Source of the DNA: Trichodelitschia bisporula
Taxonomy: Eukaryota
DNA: 64,000 bases
Direction of reading: 5' to 3'
NCBI GenBank assembly: GCA_010356995.1
Contig: ML996687.1
Span: forward strand, 1,799,803 to 1,863,802
Part shown: positions 48,226 through 61,374 of the stretch, one piece after another
Position numbering within the stretch: the stretch's first letter is position 1
Layout of the letters: each line of letters begins with the position of its first letter
Notes under the pieces: generated by a model
Told to the model about the DNA's origin: nothing
The model's database searches: none
The model's input: only the letters and a program-made list of their open reading frames with translations
Position numbers and translations under genes: made by a program

Positions 48226-51056
48226 TTAAACCGCGTTCCCATTATGGGCAACCTCATACCCGTCCTTCTTCGCCTTCAACGCACGCGCAAGCATAAGCTC
48301 CCTCATCCAATCAATCCTCTCATCACGACTCCGTACCGCAAAATGATGTGTCTTCCCACTCTCTCCTTCACCCGGCACAAGCTGGAACTCAAAGGCCGCA
48401 TCCTTCCCCGCAGTCCCATGGCTCTCACCACTCGTCGCAATCTTCAACGCCTTCAACTTCGCTGCCAACTTCCCTCCGCCAGCAATGCTACTGCACGCAA
48501 TCCCATACTGCCCCACATCCAAAACCTCCTGCGCCTCCGCACCGGGCACGTCGTTCCTATGCATGGCGAGCTCGCTCCCCCGCAGCCGGAAATGTGCACT
48601 CCGCCACTCATGCCGCAACAACCGCGTCCGCCGCTTCTTCATCCACCCTGCATGCGTCACCCCAGGGTACCGTGGGTCCTCGCCCCGCTCCCCTTCGGTC
48701 TCTAGTCGCGCCACCGCCTCAGCACTCGACCCCGTTGCTGCACTCCCGCGCCTCTGCGCCGTCACCGGCGTGGCCTCGTGCTCCGCGACCGCGGGTAGCG
48801 CCATGCTAGGCCTGCGGCGCTCGGCACGGCTCGCGCTGCGCTGTACAACCGGCGGCGTCGGGCCGGACATGCTGGCCCGGTCTTGCACAAAGGAAACCCG
48901 CTCCACGCGGGGCCCGTCGCCGAAGGTCATGTTCGGTGGCACGGACTGGGATGTTTCGCGCGCGATGGGGCCGCGGGGCACGGTTGTCACTGCTACCGGG
49001 ACGTCAAATTCGGAGGCCGGTGTGCCGAAGCGGTAGATGCTTTCGCGGAGGGATTCCCGCGGGTCCACGGCCTGGGTGATTGGGCTGGCGCCGCGGGAGG
49101 GCGGGGAAGTGGCGGCGGGTGGTTGGTGGGCGGGGTGGGTGCGGGGGAAGGCGGAGTCGGGGGAGAGCGCAGTGTGGCAGGGAGAGAAAGTGTCGTATGG
49201 GTTTGGTGGGAGGGCGGGCGCATAGTGGTTATGGAGGTCCTGCTGGTGTTGCAGGGCCGCCTGTTGTTGTTGGAATTGCGCCTGTTGGTGGTGCAGGTGC
49301 GCCATTTGCTGGAGGTACGATTGGTGCTGCGCGTAGGAGAGCGCACTGCTGGCGCGGGGGATGTCGAGGCGGGGCAGGGCGTGGAGCTGGGTTAGGGGAC
49401 GGGCCGGGAGGGCATGCTGTTGCTGGGCGAAGGGGTTCGGGGCAACAGGCAGGGTCGGCTGCGGCGGGAACAGCTCGAGCCTCGTGCCGTAGTCACCGAC
49501 AGGCGTGTCGAGGTCTTCGGCGGCCGGACACGCCGACGGCGGCTCGATGTGCTGCAACGTCAGGAACTGCTTCACGTTCTCCTGCGGATCCCGCTCCTCG
49601 AGGTACTTGAGCGCGCTCTCGTGCAGCGCGATGGCCGGGAACTCGCCTGGCCCCAGCAGGTCGCTCGACGCGACGACGCTGGCGCCGACGGTGCTCTGGC
49701 CCGCATCCTCGGCTTCCTCGGCTAGGGCGGGGAGCTGCTCGTCCGCGCTGCGGCGCGCGCCCTCGACTAGGTTCGGCGCGGATCCTGCGTTGCCCGGGTC
49801 GCCGGCGATGAAGATACGCCCGCCGTTTTCTGGCGAGATAGGAAAACCATGTTCCTCCTTTAGCCGGCGGAGGAGTTTCTGTTGCCGCTTGTACTTGTGG
49901 CATTTTTCACCCTTGGGACAGCTGTGAGGCTTCGGGATTAGCTGCTCGATCGCCACGATGCTGACGCTGTCGGCGGGCATGATGGGCTCGTCGCCGTTGC
50001 GCCGGTGCTTGCGGCGGCGGCGGCGCGGCTGTGCGGGCTCTTGCTCGGCGGGTTTGGGGGGGGCGGTGGGGGTGGTGGAGGGGGAGCGGCGGAGGGGCTG
50101 TGCGGCGTGGAGATTTTCTGTGGAATTGCACGACGAGGACCCGTTGATGTCTTCGAAGGGCGTGGGAACGGGCGACAAGCTGCCATGTCCTTGCCGGAGA
50201 CTGCAGATGAAGTTCCAGATCTGGTGGCGCTTGCCGAAGCTCTGGATCCCGAGCTCCTTGAGGTCATTGAGTTGCAGGTCGAGTAGCACAGTACCGGTTA
50301 TGTCGTGGAATTGGAACTTCTCGACGATGGCCGCGTCGATCCCGAGGTTGTACATCCAGAGCCCGACTTGCTGCGCTGACCAGGTGCGCGGCTCGTCCCT
50401 ATCCCAGGCCGCGCCGAAGGGGGCTTGCACGGCGGCCGGCGCTGACGTGATCGCCGTCGTGACGGTTGTGGGCGTGCCGTTGGGCGAAAAGCGGCCTATG
50501 GCCGTGGTGTCGAGGCTGAGGGGGATGCGCTTGGGAAGCAGCGGACTGAGCTGCAGCACGTGGTCGTCGAAGGCAGTGGAGGAGCGGAAGAGATGCGGCC
50601 CTTTGGGCCCTTCGACGGGTCTTGCCTCGAGGGTTAGGAAGGTGCGGCGGATGGAGTGGGGCGTGGGGATTTCGTCGAAGGTCGAGATTGTGGTTTGGCT
50701 GCGGCGGGACTCGTTCTGGACATTGTCAATTCAGCCTTGCTGACGTTAGTGGGCATTGGGGGGGGGGGGGGACGCACGCCCTCGAACAGGCTCTCAGAAT
50801 CCTCCTCGAAAAGACTCTGGTCGTCGTACTCGTCGGCTTCGTAGGCTTGGTCGTCTGGACTGCTATCTTCCTCGTCCTCGAAGATCTGGGTTACTTCGGA
50901 TAGGGGCCGGGCATGGGCAGACCGCACGACGGGCACCTCCAGTGTGTTCGTGCGCGGGGTGGGGACTTCGGGGACGATGCTCAGGGCGTGGATGCGCCGG
51001 TTTGCGAGGCCCGTGTCGATAGCGAAGAGGGGTTGCATTTTGCCCCGTTGGAACAT
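48226..51056 (-). CDS. SAM- and PH-domain protein (Boi1/Boi2-related, no SH3 seen)
   Basis: Exon 1 51056-50778, intron 50777-50716. SAM: WSAQQVGLWM...FQFHDITGTVLLDL...LKELGIQSFGKRHQI. PH: HAGWMKKRRTRLLRHEW...HHFAVRSRDERIDWMRELML. Confidence 0.9.
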
Positions 51057-54000
51057 TTCTACGTCCCCTTCGAGGGGGGTGATGGGGGAGGAGAGCTGTG
51101 CCGAGGGTTAGTGCGTGTTGGGTGAGGCCAGCGGGTAATCGAGGCAAGACAGGTACAAGACACCACGACCACCTCGACGACCCGCACAGCCTCGGGGGCG
51201 GAAAACTCACCATTGTGAAATATCACACGAAGAAAAGGAAAACCGTCGCCGGCTACTTTTCTCTTTTTGAGACGATCTATGCGGATATCATGAGGAATGG
51301 TTCAAAGCAGGAACGCAAGCAAAGCAAAAGGCAAAGCAATGGCAAAGGCAAGCACTCGACGCAAGACGTGAATGTGAAAGACACCAAACGGAAGGGAGAA
51401 GAAGGCGAGGGGAAGAATCGACGCACCACAGGCCTAAAGTACATGCAGCAAGCTTGCTGCAACAGCGAACAGGGTGGGCGGAGACGAGCGCAAAAGGCAC
51501 CACCAGGGCTCGCAAAGCAACTGCATGAAGCACACTTACTGTTCCCTCCACTCGGCTCCCTCTTAGCCTTGCGATGGGATAGGCTGAGGGTGAGAAAACG
51601 GGCTTGGGGAATAAACTGTCAGAGACAATAACGGCTTTTCGGCTTTTGCTCTTCTTTTCCTCTTTTACTCTCGCTTCCTCTTTTGCCCGTCGTTAGCCTT
51701 TCCTTGAGCGAGGAGAGGGCGGGCGGGGTGAGGGGTGGGCTGTGATGGGCTTCGTGAGGGTTACGGGGAATCCCCAGCCAATGTCGTCTAACTTGACTCT
51801 GGGGCTTGAGAGGGGGAAAGGGTGGAGCCACCGCTATGCGAGCACAGGAAACACAGCAGTAAGTCGAGTAAGGACTAGAACTGACAAAGAGAGACAGTGT
51901 AGGCACGGAATAGCAGCATCGCATGGAGACGCTCGAGAAGCACCAGAGATGCCGTCCGACCATTGGCCTCGCTACTCGACCGCCCCGGCCCCGCCCACAC
52001 GCCTAACCCTCGTAACCCTGTCCTCATGGCCCCGCCCCCAGACCAACCACATCGGCCCCTCCAACCTCGTCCCATCCAATGAGCATTCTCAGCACCGCCG
52101 AGCTTCACGTCCGGCGGCTATTTTGGTGAGGATGTTGGGAGAGCATGGAGAAGACCTTTTGGCCCTGGCCGCTGTTTTGCAGGCCGGCTGCGGGGCATGG
52201 GTGGCACAGTGCACAGCAGACTGGGGACAGGGTTTGATGGCGGAGAGGGCAGCGCTTGGATGTGATGTCCCATTGCTCGGTGGGTGATGGGACTTTTCTA
52301 TTGAGGCTTGATTGTGTGCCCCCCCACCCCCTCGCTTCTTCTTCAGGGTCCTCGTTGCTAGGAGATGCGGTGATATGATTACTAGCGAGTATTGAGGACG
52401 TGATAATGGTGACGGTGATAGGGATGGGGAAAGGGGAATCGCTATGGGGTTTAACGAAGGTGGAATATGGGATACGAGAGGAGTAATGGAGGGGTTACAG
52501 AGGTCGATTGCGATAAGACGCCAGTTACGGGCCGGGGCACCGTGTGGATAGTGCTGCTTGAGTGAGGTGAGTGGGTTGATGACGGGCAATGGAGACGAGC
52601 GAACGTCGAGTTCCGTATTCCATCTGTCATAGCGCTCCGCCATCGGACTCAAGCCTTGCCTCGAGTTGCCATGTCAAAGTATCAACAATCTCAAACGACT
52701 CAGACCCCCTAAGCCATCACACGATCCCACAATCTCTCCAGAAATTCCGAATTCTTCCATTCGGCGAAGCAGAAAAAAAGAGTAGACGCTCAGACCCAGC
52801 GCCTCTTTGCGCAAAATCTCAAATGCGCAAGAATGCCCACCCCCGCCGCGGCGCCACACCGGCCAGCCCACGGCGCCATGATTTTCGCCCCGTCTCTATT
52901 GTATCGACACAGTCGTCATCGGGTAGCGGGTGCGGGTGCGGGTGCGCGGTCGCTTCTTCGGCTGCATGAGAGGGAAAGAAGTGACGAATGAAAAACAAAG
53001 TCTAGATCCTGCGATCCCCCAGGACACGTTGCAATGTGTGCCCGGAACTGGTTCTTCACCAAAGTCGCCCGTGCAGCAATCCACTCATCGTGAACATGCC
53101 CAGCGAAGCAAATTCCCCATCCAACCCAGCCCAGATCGTGAATAACCAGTGGAAAGACACCGTTCCCATGCCCCATCCCCTCCCCGATCCAGCCATCTCA
53201 CCCGCACAACTACGCAACTGCATAAACTTTCTTCTGCACCCCGACCCTTCTTCACCAGTGTGCCGAACTCACCACCCCAGCTTACCGTAGCAAATCCCAG
53301 AACCGGCTACTCACTTCTGTGGGCAGAACAAGCCATGCCCCGAACCCAAAGATGCGCGAAGGATTCGCCTGCGCGGTGCAAGCACATTCACCCACGCCCA
53401 GTCCAGCCCAGGTGCCGTCAGTCACGCGGCCCCGTGGGCGAAATGGCTGCGGGGTAAAAGGGACAGGACGACGAGCGAGCGGAGAAGGCGAGAAAGTCAC
53501 TCAGAGCGCAGCGTCGTATGAGAGAGAGACAGAATCGAGGCCACTGGCTCAAATCCCTTGCTCACCACACGGCTCGCAAATCCCACTCTCGGGTCTCGCC
53601 CACTCGTTTTCCGGGTCTGCTGACGACGGGACAGCCGGCCGTGGTACGTACCTGCACGCCCTCACCGACCCATCACGCTCAGCATCGCCCGAGTGTAAGG
53701 TCGAAGCGAAGCCACGACGGGCTGTGGTACGGGATATTTGTGCGACGTATGCCGATGTGTCCTTTTCGCCTGTTAGCTATCGTAGTCGAGGCGGGTCGCT
53801 AGATGGGAATGGTGTATTGGAGAGAATTGACATTGCGGAAGTGGCCGCCTCAGTCGTGATCGCCACCGCCTCCGCCTCGCCCATCGCACGAGTCCCCAGC
53901 CTCCAGCCTCCTCCGCCTTCGGAGCTCGCAATGGCAGAGGCGGGGCTGACATCCGCCCCGACGACCACGCGACACTCTCAAGTCACTTTCTCCAATCCAT

Positions 54001-57000
54001 CCAGTCAAGAAACTGGAATTTAGCAACGCCTCACTGAACTCCTGTCGTGGGAAGTTTCGCTTCTTTTCCCCGCTAATTTAGCCTCATCAGCAATCGTAGC
54101 CTTCCTCATCTAAACAATGGCATCACCCACCGCCATCAAACAAGACAGAAGCCACGCTATGGCGGAAAGGCGGTGCGCACTGATCCCCCGCCCGCACGCC
54201 GTTGGCGTGCCTCTTTCGCAAATCGCCGCGATCGTCCATCGCGCATTCGCCGCCCGCCTTCGACACGGCCCTCCCGCACAGACGTATCAAACACGAGAGC
54301 CGGGCAAATCGCACCCACAAACCTGGCCAAACTCATCAGCACGAGATCTTCAGAATCCTCACCTCACTCCCATCGTGACCTCCAAAACGCCCTTCAAAAT
54401 TCCCTTCCCAAAGCCCCATCATTCCCCCCCCCACCAATCACCTTCCCCGAATAGCCAAAGTACCATAATCCCCCAAATTAGGCCCCTCGATGCCGAAAAC
54501 GGCAATTACCCCAATCGAGCACCCACGGCGCAAGGCACGACATGCGCGTCCTTGGCCCTGCTGATCGGCCGCCCGCGCCCCGTGCCACCCCTGCCCCCCG
54601 CCGCGGCCGCCCGCCCGCGCGCGCCTGCGCTCCGTGCCCTCGCGACGGCCCGCCCGTCTGGCACCCGCACGCGCTAGCCGCGAGTAGGACTAGGCGCGCG
54701 GGGGTTGCCGGGGGGTGCGAAAAGCGACTGCTTCGGCGGCGGGGGAGCGAGAAGAATGTGCGCCGCTGAGAAAAGAGGGAAAGCCACGAGGGAATTGTTG
54801 GGCGGGCCAATTGGAATTTTGCGATAGGGAGATTTTTGATGTTGAGAGTGGAATGGGATGTGGAATTTTTTGGGGGGGGGGGGGCGGCGATGGGCCCGTT
54901 GACCCCGCGCTGCCCTGACCTGGCCTGGCTTGCTTACCCCGCGCGATGAGTCGTGGTGTGAGGAGGGTTGTACGGGGCTTGAGCGGCGGGCTGGAGGAAT
55001 TGATCCTGAGCCTAATCGGATCGTTATCGGTGTTTGTATGACGGTGTTTGTGTGCTACGGTGCCTTGTGTGGATGTGCCTGGCTGCTTCTGCTGGGGCAC
55101 ATGTGTCGTGGACGCTTCCTTCGGGATGCCGTGCGGTGAGGTGGGGGTTTCTGGGACCGAGTAAGCTGCGGGCGGGGATGGGATGGAGTGATGAGTCGTG
55201 GATGCTGATGCTGAGGAACGTTTGATGGCCGGACCTGCGCTATGCGGGGTGCGATGGATTGGGAGGGTGGGGTGAGGGTGGAGGGATTGGGAGAGGTGCT
55301 GAATGCGGTGCGAGGGCTGATGTGTACGGTACCGTACTGATGCTGGTGGGACTGGAACTTGCCACGAGGGACCATTTGGGTTGTGTCGCACGCTCCATTG
55401 CAGTAGGGTTGATGTTGGTGATGCCGATGCCGATGTTTGACCTGAGGCTTTCCGTCTACGGTGCTGATTGGTCAATGCTCGGATATGGTCAACGGCCTGG
55501 CCGACTTCACCTGCCGTTGACGAATGTCTCATCACTGCAGAAGCGAAGACGGGAAGAGTCTATTCCTGCTTTCGATGCGACCTACAGTTCAGCTGTGGGA
55601 TATGCCGCTTCAAGGTTGCTCATCAGCCTGTCGAATTGGCCGTTCTTCCATTATCACGGGTACAGGTATGGCCTCAGCAGCGATATCAAGCACTCCTGGC
55701 CAGTGGGGACCAACTAAATCCAACGCGGGCAGTCTGCCCTACGGTACCGAGCAGTTCGCTGTCACTGTAACAGCCTCGCCGATACCAGTCCCGTTAATTG
55801 TCCTGAGATATAGCCTATAAGCTGCCGAGTACCGTATGTCACTAACCTCCCGCTCTGGCAGTCAGACGACGAACCTAGCCTGCCTCGAGCCTTGAAGTGC
55901 AGCATTATGTCTGAAAAGAGATGGTGCTGAAGAACAAGTCCTCGTGTTCTGCCTCCGCTGTGTTCTAATCGTCTACTCACCGTCCTGAGGGACTGGCCTG
56001 CCGTGTGATTAGGTTGTCGGGTAGCGGGTCGAATAGCTCAATGGCCGGCATATTTTGAAGAAGGTGATGTTGTGGGCATGGGATGGAGAAGCTTAAGCAC
56101 GGATCCATGCTGGCGTGGAAGATGCAATGGATGAGAACGGCCTTCGGCCTTGCCTTGACAGCAGGTTCATGCGTGGTATCACGACCACCGGGTTAGGATA
56201 AGGAAAGCTCCGGAGAGCTGTTGATATGGCATGGAGGCTGAGCATACAGTGTGGTAGATCCATTATAGGAGCCATTGACTATCAACTCCGGAAGTGGTCT
56301 CGAAGGGAGCGGAAATGTCGCGTTTTCGATGCTCTTTTGAAGAGGTTAAAATCAACACAAAAGGGTTCGATAAATCTAGCGATAAATTTGGGATCATACC
56401 GGAGCCATCCTCATTATGCAACAAGTGATTAGTTCCATTTCTACCCATTCTGGTGTATTTAGTGACTGCTTTCAACTCTCGAAAAGATATCCCAGTTGGT
56501 GATGTTGGCACACTCAGCTTAGCGACATCGGTTAACCGGTGCACATCCGCTCTAGCCGACCAAGCATTAGCAAGTGAGCCGATTAGGGCAGCTATACGAA
56601 CGAACGTCGGCCCCCCCACCGTTCAACACGCCATCAACAACAAACCAAGGGGCCATCCAAAATCGCCACTATCACGATCAAGGGTTTACGAACCGTAAGC
56701 GAAGCCGGCTGTCTCATCCAGAATCAACGGATGGCACACATTCGATGAAAGTGAAATGAATGCCCACGGTACGGTACTAGCGGACGCTATGCCGAACCCT
56801 TACCGTCACCAATGCATACCCCAGAGACCGACAATGCTCAGGCTCGGAGTCACGATATGAGAACCGAGGCCGCCAGCTCTCGCGAGGATTGGGATCGGGT
56901 TCTCCTAACGTTCCCGGCATCAGCTGCGATAGTCCTTACGAGTAAATGCCCATAACCCTCGTCAATGGTTCGAGCATCAATGAATCCCTCAATCCATCCC

Positions 57001-59991
57001 CTAAAACTGCAGTCCCAATGAAGTCAAACGATGACGTCACACCCCGCTTCCGGCTGTCAATTGGCCCACCAATCCCTCCAAATAAACAATCACAACCACT
57101 GAACCCCCTCAAACCCCCGACAACACCCGTCAAAGCGCAAACCGCGCAAACCCACTCTCACGGCTAACATCGGCCCTTTAACACAGCCCGGGCCCCCAGC
57201 ACAGCCCGGCCCCTCGCCGACCCGGCAGCCTCTCGGCGCACAGAACCGCGCCAAGCCCTCAACGTCAAAGCCCTCCCACAGCCCCAACACCGACTCAAAC
57301 ATCAATCCGACACCATTCCTACCCTTCCACCACCCATAGCACACTTACGCCTCACCTGCGCCTCTAGATCCGTCGTCGCCATCGAGCCCTGCCCGACACC
57401 GCCCGTCACGGCTCCGTCTTGGCGCACTTCTGGTCTCCGATTCGCTCACCTCAACTCACATGACTGACGGGCGATGCGGGTCAGTTTTTCTCCCCTGGGG
57501 TGTACGAGGTGCTAGATCGGGAGAAGGGCAGGGCGGCAGGGGGTCACGGGCTGGGATTGTGCAGGCGAAGCAGCGTGTTGGGTTCGGCAGGGTGAAGTGT
57601 GCGTTGGGACGCAGGCGGAGGGCATGGGATGCGAAGCCGGGCCTATTCGCAAGCATGGGACTCTCGCAGGCATAGCGAATTTGGATATGGGCTTGCCAGC
57701 ATGAAAAGTGAGCACAGTCACGACCCGCCGCGCTTGCCGCTGGGCGTCTTCACGTCGCACACCGTACAACGGGAACTGCGGGACAGGAACCGCGCAGGGA
57801 TGCCGCACACGGAACTGCTGGGTCACCATCCACGGCACCGACCACCGTGCCACGGCCGATGCCGTGCGGGACGCACGAGTGCCGACGGGTAGCGGCGCCG
57901 CTGGCTGCGGGTGGATCCGGCCAAAGGTGCGGGCGCACCGGCGGGAGCAGTGCGCGCGCGGCACGCAAGTGGGTTGTGCAGCGCAAGCTGCGGCCGCTGC
58001 GGTGGCCACGATACTGAGCTAACGCGGTGCTAACGCGGTGCTGGTGCTGGTGCTGGTGCGTTGCGAGTGCTTGCATGCGCGGTGGGCCGGTCGTGCCGGT
58101 CATGTGTGGGCGGGAGGACGCGTTCGCTGTCGCTATACGCTAGCTCGGTATAGCTCGCTAACGCTTCGCCAACGCTTCGCTGGCTGCGGGGTGGGTTAGG
58201 GCGTTGCGATGCGTTCTAGTTGATGGTGGGCGAGTGAGCGGTGAGTGGGACGTTACGCGGAGACGATGGGTGCCCAATCCGGCGGACACGGGGGCCGTTG
58301 CACGAGGGGGAGCGTGGCACGCGAGAATGCGGTCTGCCTGCGCAGTGGGTGTGGGGCTCGAAAGGAACCGGGCAGCTGATGGGCGAGAGAGGGCGAAATG
58401 AGAAGCGGCGGAGGGAGCTGAGAAACTTCGCCGGATGGTATTGGGATTTCGTAAATGATAGCCGGGAAGGGAAGCGAGGCTGGATGTCTCGGGCGGTGGG
58501 CGGATTTCGCTTGATTCCAGAACGGCGGAAAGGGTGAGGCAAGGGGGATGGCGGGTTTTGTGCGGCTTTGACGGTTTGGGGGATTTGGGGCCTTTTTGGC
58601 GGTGGTGGAGAGGGAAGCTGGTGCGAGTGAGGAGTCGGCTGAGGGACATTTGCCCCGCTTGGGGATAGGCCTATCACTGGGCGGGGTGGGTGGACAAACT
58701 GGAATACACGGCTCGGCGGAGAATTACGACTGGTGGGGAGAGGTAAGATTCGTCTGTGTTGGTTTAGGCTCCGTTGGCCAGCCGAAGCCGTTTATGCTCG
58801 GGCATCATGAGATCGTGAGGCTGCTTCTCTGGTGGGGAGTGGTTGCCGTTGTGGGGAAGCCAACGACGTCAGCCAGCCCGCTTCGGACAGTGCTGCTGCT
58901 GGTGATGTGTTAGAGAGCGCATGATTGAGGCAAGGAATGTATGGACTGATTTCCGGGCAGAGAGTGAAAAGCGTTGCTGCACCAGCTGACCCCGCGACCT
59001 CCGTCTGTCCCTATCGGGAATCTGCTAAATTGCGAGTGCGGTGGTTAGTAACCAACCAGCGTCAACCGCTGATGTGCGCGAGGTTGGACTAAAAGGCTAC
59101 TAATTAATCTCTATTTTTGAACATGGCCCTCAATCAGGCTAAATGGCGCTAACCGGTCTTGTCTCACAAATGCAGTTAATTATGCTCCAAACTGCACCCC
59201 CTGCCTTGCCGTCAATATCCCCTGTCGAAAGCTCCAGCCGCATCATCATGTCACTGGGAAGCGAACCATTACTATTCTTCCATGATTGTGGCAAAAAAGC
59301 TTGCTGAATGGAGGGGCTCTGAAACCCTTCGGTCGACTGGGACTTTCTCAGTCAGGCGAGTATGACGACGATGAGCATGAGGCATTGAGAGCACCGCGAC
59401 TCGAGAACTCGACGCACGCTGTTGAGGATCTTCCAAAGTACCGCGTATTGCCAACGGTGCACAGCATGGCGACCGCTTCAGGCTGATCCTTTACTTCCAA
59501 AGCTCCATCGTCGTCATATTCAGCCTTGCGCCAGGCCGCACCGCTTGGCGTCGAGGTGGTTAGCCGAGACAACAGGACTCGAGCGACTCGAGCGTTATCA
59601 AGCTCAGAGAATCGAGAGCTCCTCAGCCGCGCGGGGAAGCTCCAGCACCAATTTGAAAGAGCTCGTTGTGAACGAAGCTCCCCATGTCCTTCCCACCCGC
59701 ATTCCAGATTCCAGCCTTGGCTGCGGCGCTTGGCCCAAGCTGGACCGACGGACACGGGCCGTCGTCGATGTGCCCGCGCGGGGCGTCGACGCTAGCCCCG
59801 AAGTGGAGCCTTGACGGACGGCAGACGGCAGGGCAGGGGCCAGGTGCGGGCACGGGGGATCCTGGCTAAGGCGGGGCGTGCCGCTGTGCGTGGGCCAACC
59901 AAGCGCGGGTGGGCTGGGCTGTTATTGCATGTGGTGGGCGGGGATGCACAGGGTCTGGCGCGTCACAGTTGTTGATTGGTGGCGGGGGGGG

Positions 59992-60066
59992 NNNNNNNNN
60001 NNNNNNNNNNNNNNNNNNNNNNNNNNNNNNNNNNNNNNNNNNNNNNNNNNNNNNNNNNNNNNNNNN
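59992..60066. other. Assembly gap (75 N) flanked by G runs
   Basis: Directly visible; probably an unresolved poly-G tract. Confidence 0.95.
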
Positions 60067-61374
60067 GGGAGAGGGTGAGACTCAAGGCTTTAATTGTTGC
60101 TAGTCATGTTGCGGCGATGATTTATAATACTTGTTATTGAAGTCGCTTTCGCTGATGAGACCGATTGCGACATCGCTGATGAACTGGAATTGAGATGGAC
60201 TGTGCGGTAGAGTGGGCGGCTGGCTTCGGGCAGGAAAGCAACCGAGCTCGCTGCCGGGCAGGCTAACGGTCCGGGGGCGGGCGGGCAGATATCTCATTAT
60301 CATATCGGAGGGCGAGAGGGGAGCTAATGCACGGCTAACGTGACCGCCCCCGGGATCAGGCGAGGAATGGCGGGAAGGGCGAGGGAAGCAAGAAGCAAGC
60401 TGGAAATCGGGTGGGCGAGTCGAAGGCGATCGGAAGAGGATAGGGCGAGGCGGAGGGGCGGGAAGTTTGGAAGCCGCCCCGGCATCGCGATGAACTACGA
60501 CGTCCGAGAAGCAGGCATCTCGCATCCGCTCCACACAAGCCCTGAGGCTCAACCGTTCATCTACTCTCTCTGTAACAGCTGCACCTCACATTTTCTGGGG
60601 AATCTGTGGAATGAAGAGAGAGTGCGCGAATGATATTGCCGTGGCCAAGCCGGCAAGCCATCCAGCCATTGACCAGGCTCTCCAGCCATTCAACTTTCTC
60701 AGTTTCTCGTCCCGTCACAATCCTTGATCCTGTCACCGGCAAGCCATCAGAAACAATCCCTGTGCAGATGGCTCGCAGGCTAGCGCCACAGCAACAAAAA
60801 TAGAGCCCGATCCAGAAAAGACAAGTCCCGCAAAAAGGCAAGGCCCCCATGGCCTCATTCAACCCCCCCCCCCCGGCTCTACAGCTGGACAAGCCAATGG
60901 CATATCCCGACTGCAAGCAATCCACCCCCTGCTCTCTGCTTTTGCAGCTAACTGTTGCTAAAAATGAACCGGCCCATTTGACCACAATTTGCGGCGTGTT
61001 TTAGTCTTTTTGCGGACTTTGACTCTCCCCGATGCGGTCGATATAACTCGGGCAGGTCGCCCATCTTTCAACCCGCAGCATTATCGACCTTTTGGACCGG
61101 CTGGTGTTGCAACTAATTTCTCCCTTTCTCTCTCTCTCTCTCTTCTCATCTCCTCCTCTCCTCCTCTCTTCTCCTCTCCTCCCCCCCGCCCCCCAACCCC
61201 GCTTGCTGGTCAAGCTTTACGACTTTTCGTTGCCCCGGTCCAACTCGAGTCGCATTTGTCTTTCCTTGTTCTTTGCTTCGCTATTCGCTGGTCGATTACG
61301 CCTCTATTGCCTCTAGACGGTCATTTCACCACTACTATTTTGTATTAACTTCCTCTCTCTTCCCACATTCAACA

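Noticed and set aside
53319..55535. 234-aa, 186-aa and 281-aa ORFs in the desert
   Set aside because: They are low-complexity, have no domains or supporting splice structure, and are typical of GC-rich intergenic DNA.
59339..59348. GAAAGTCCC (RNase P/MRP CR-I-like) on the minus strand
   Set aside because: No matching CR-V/P4 partner downstream, and a T6 run follows within about 45 nt.
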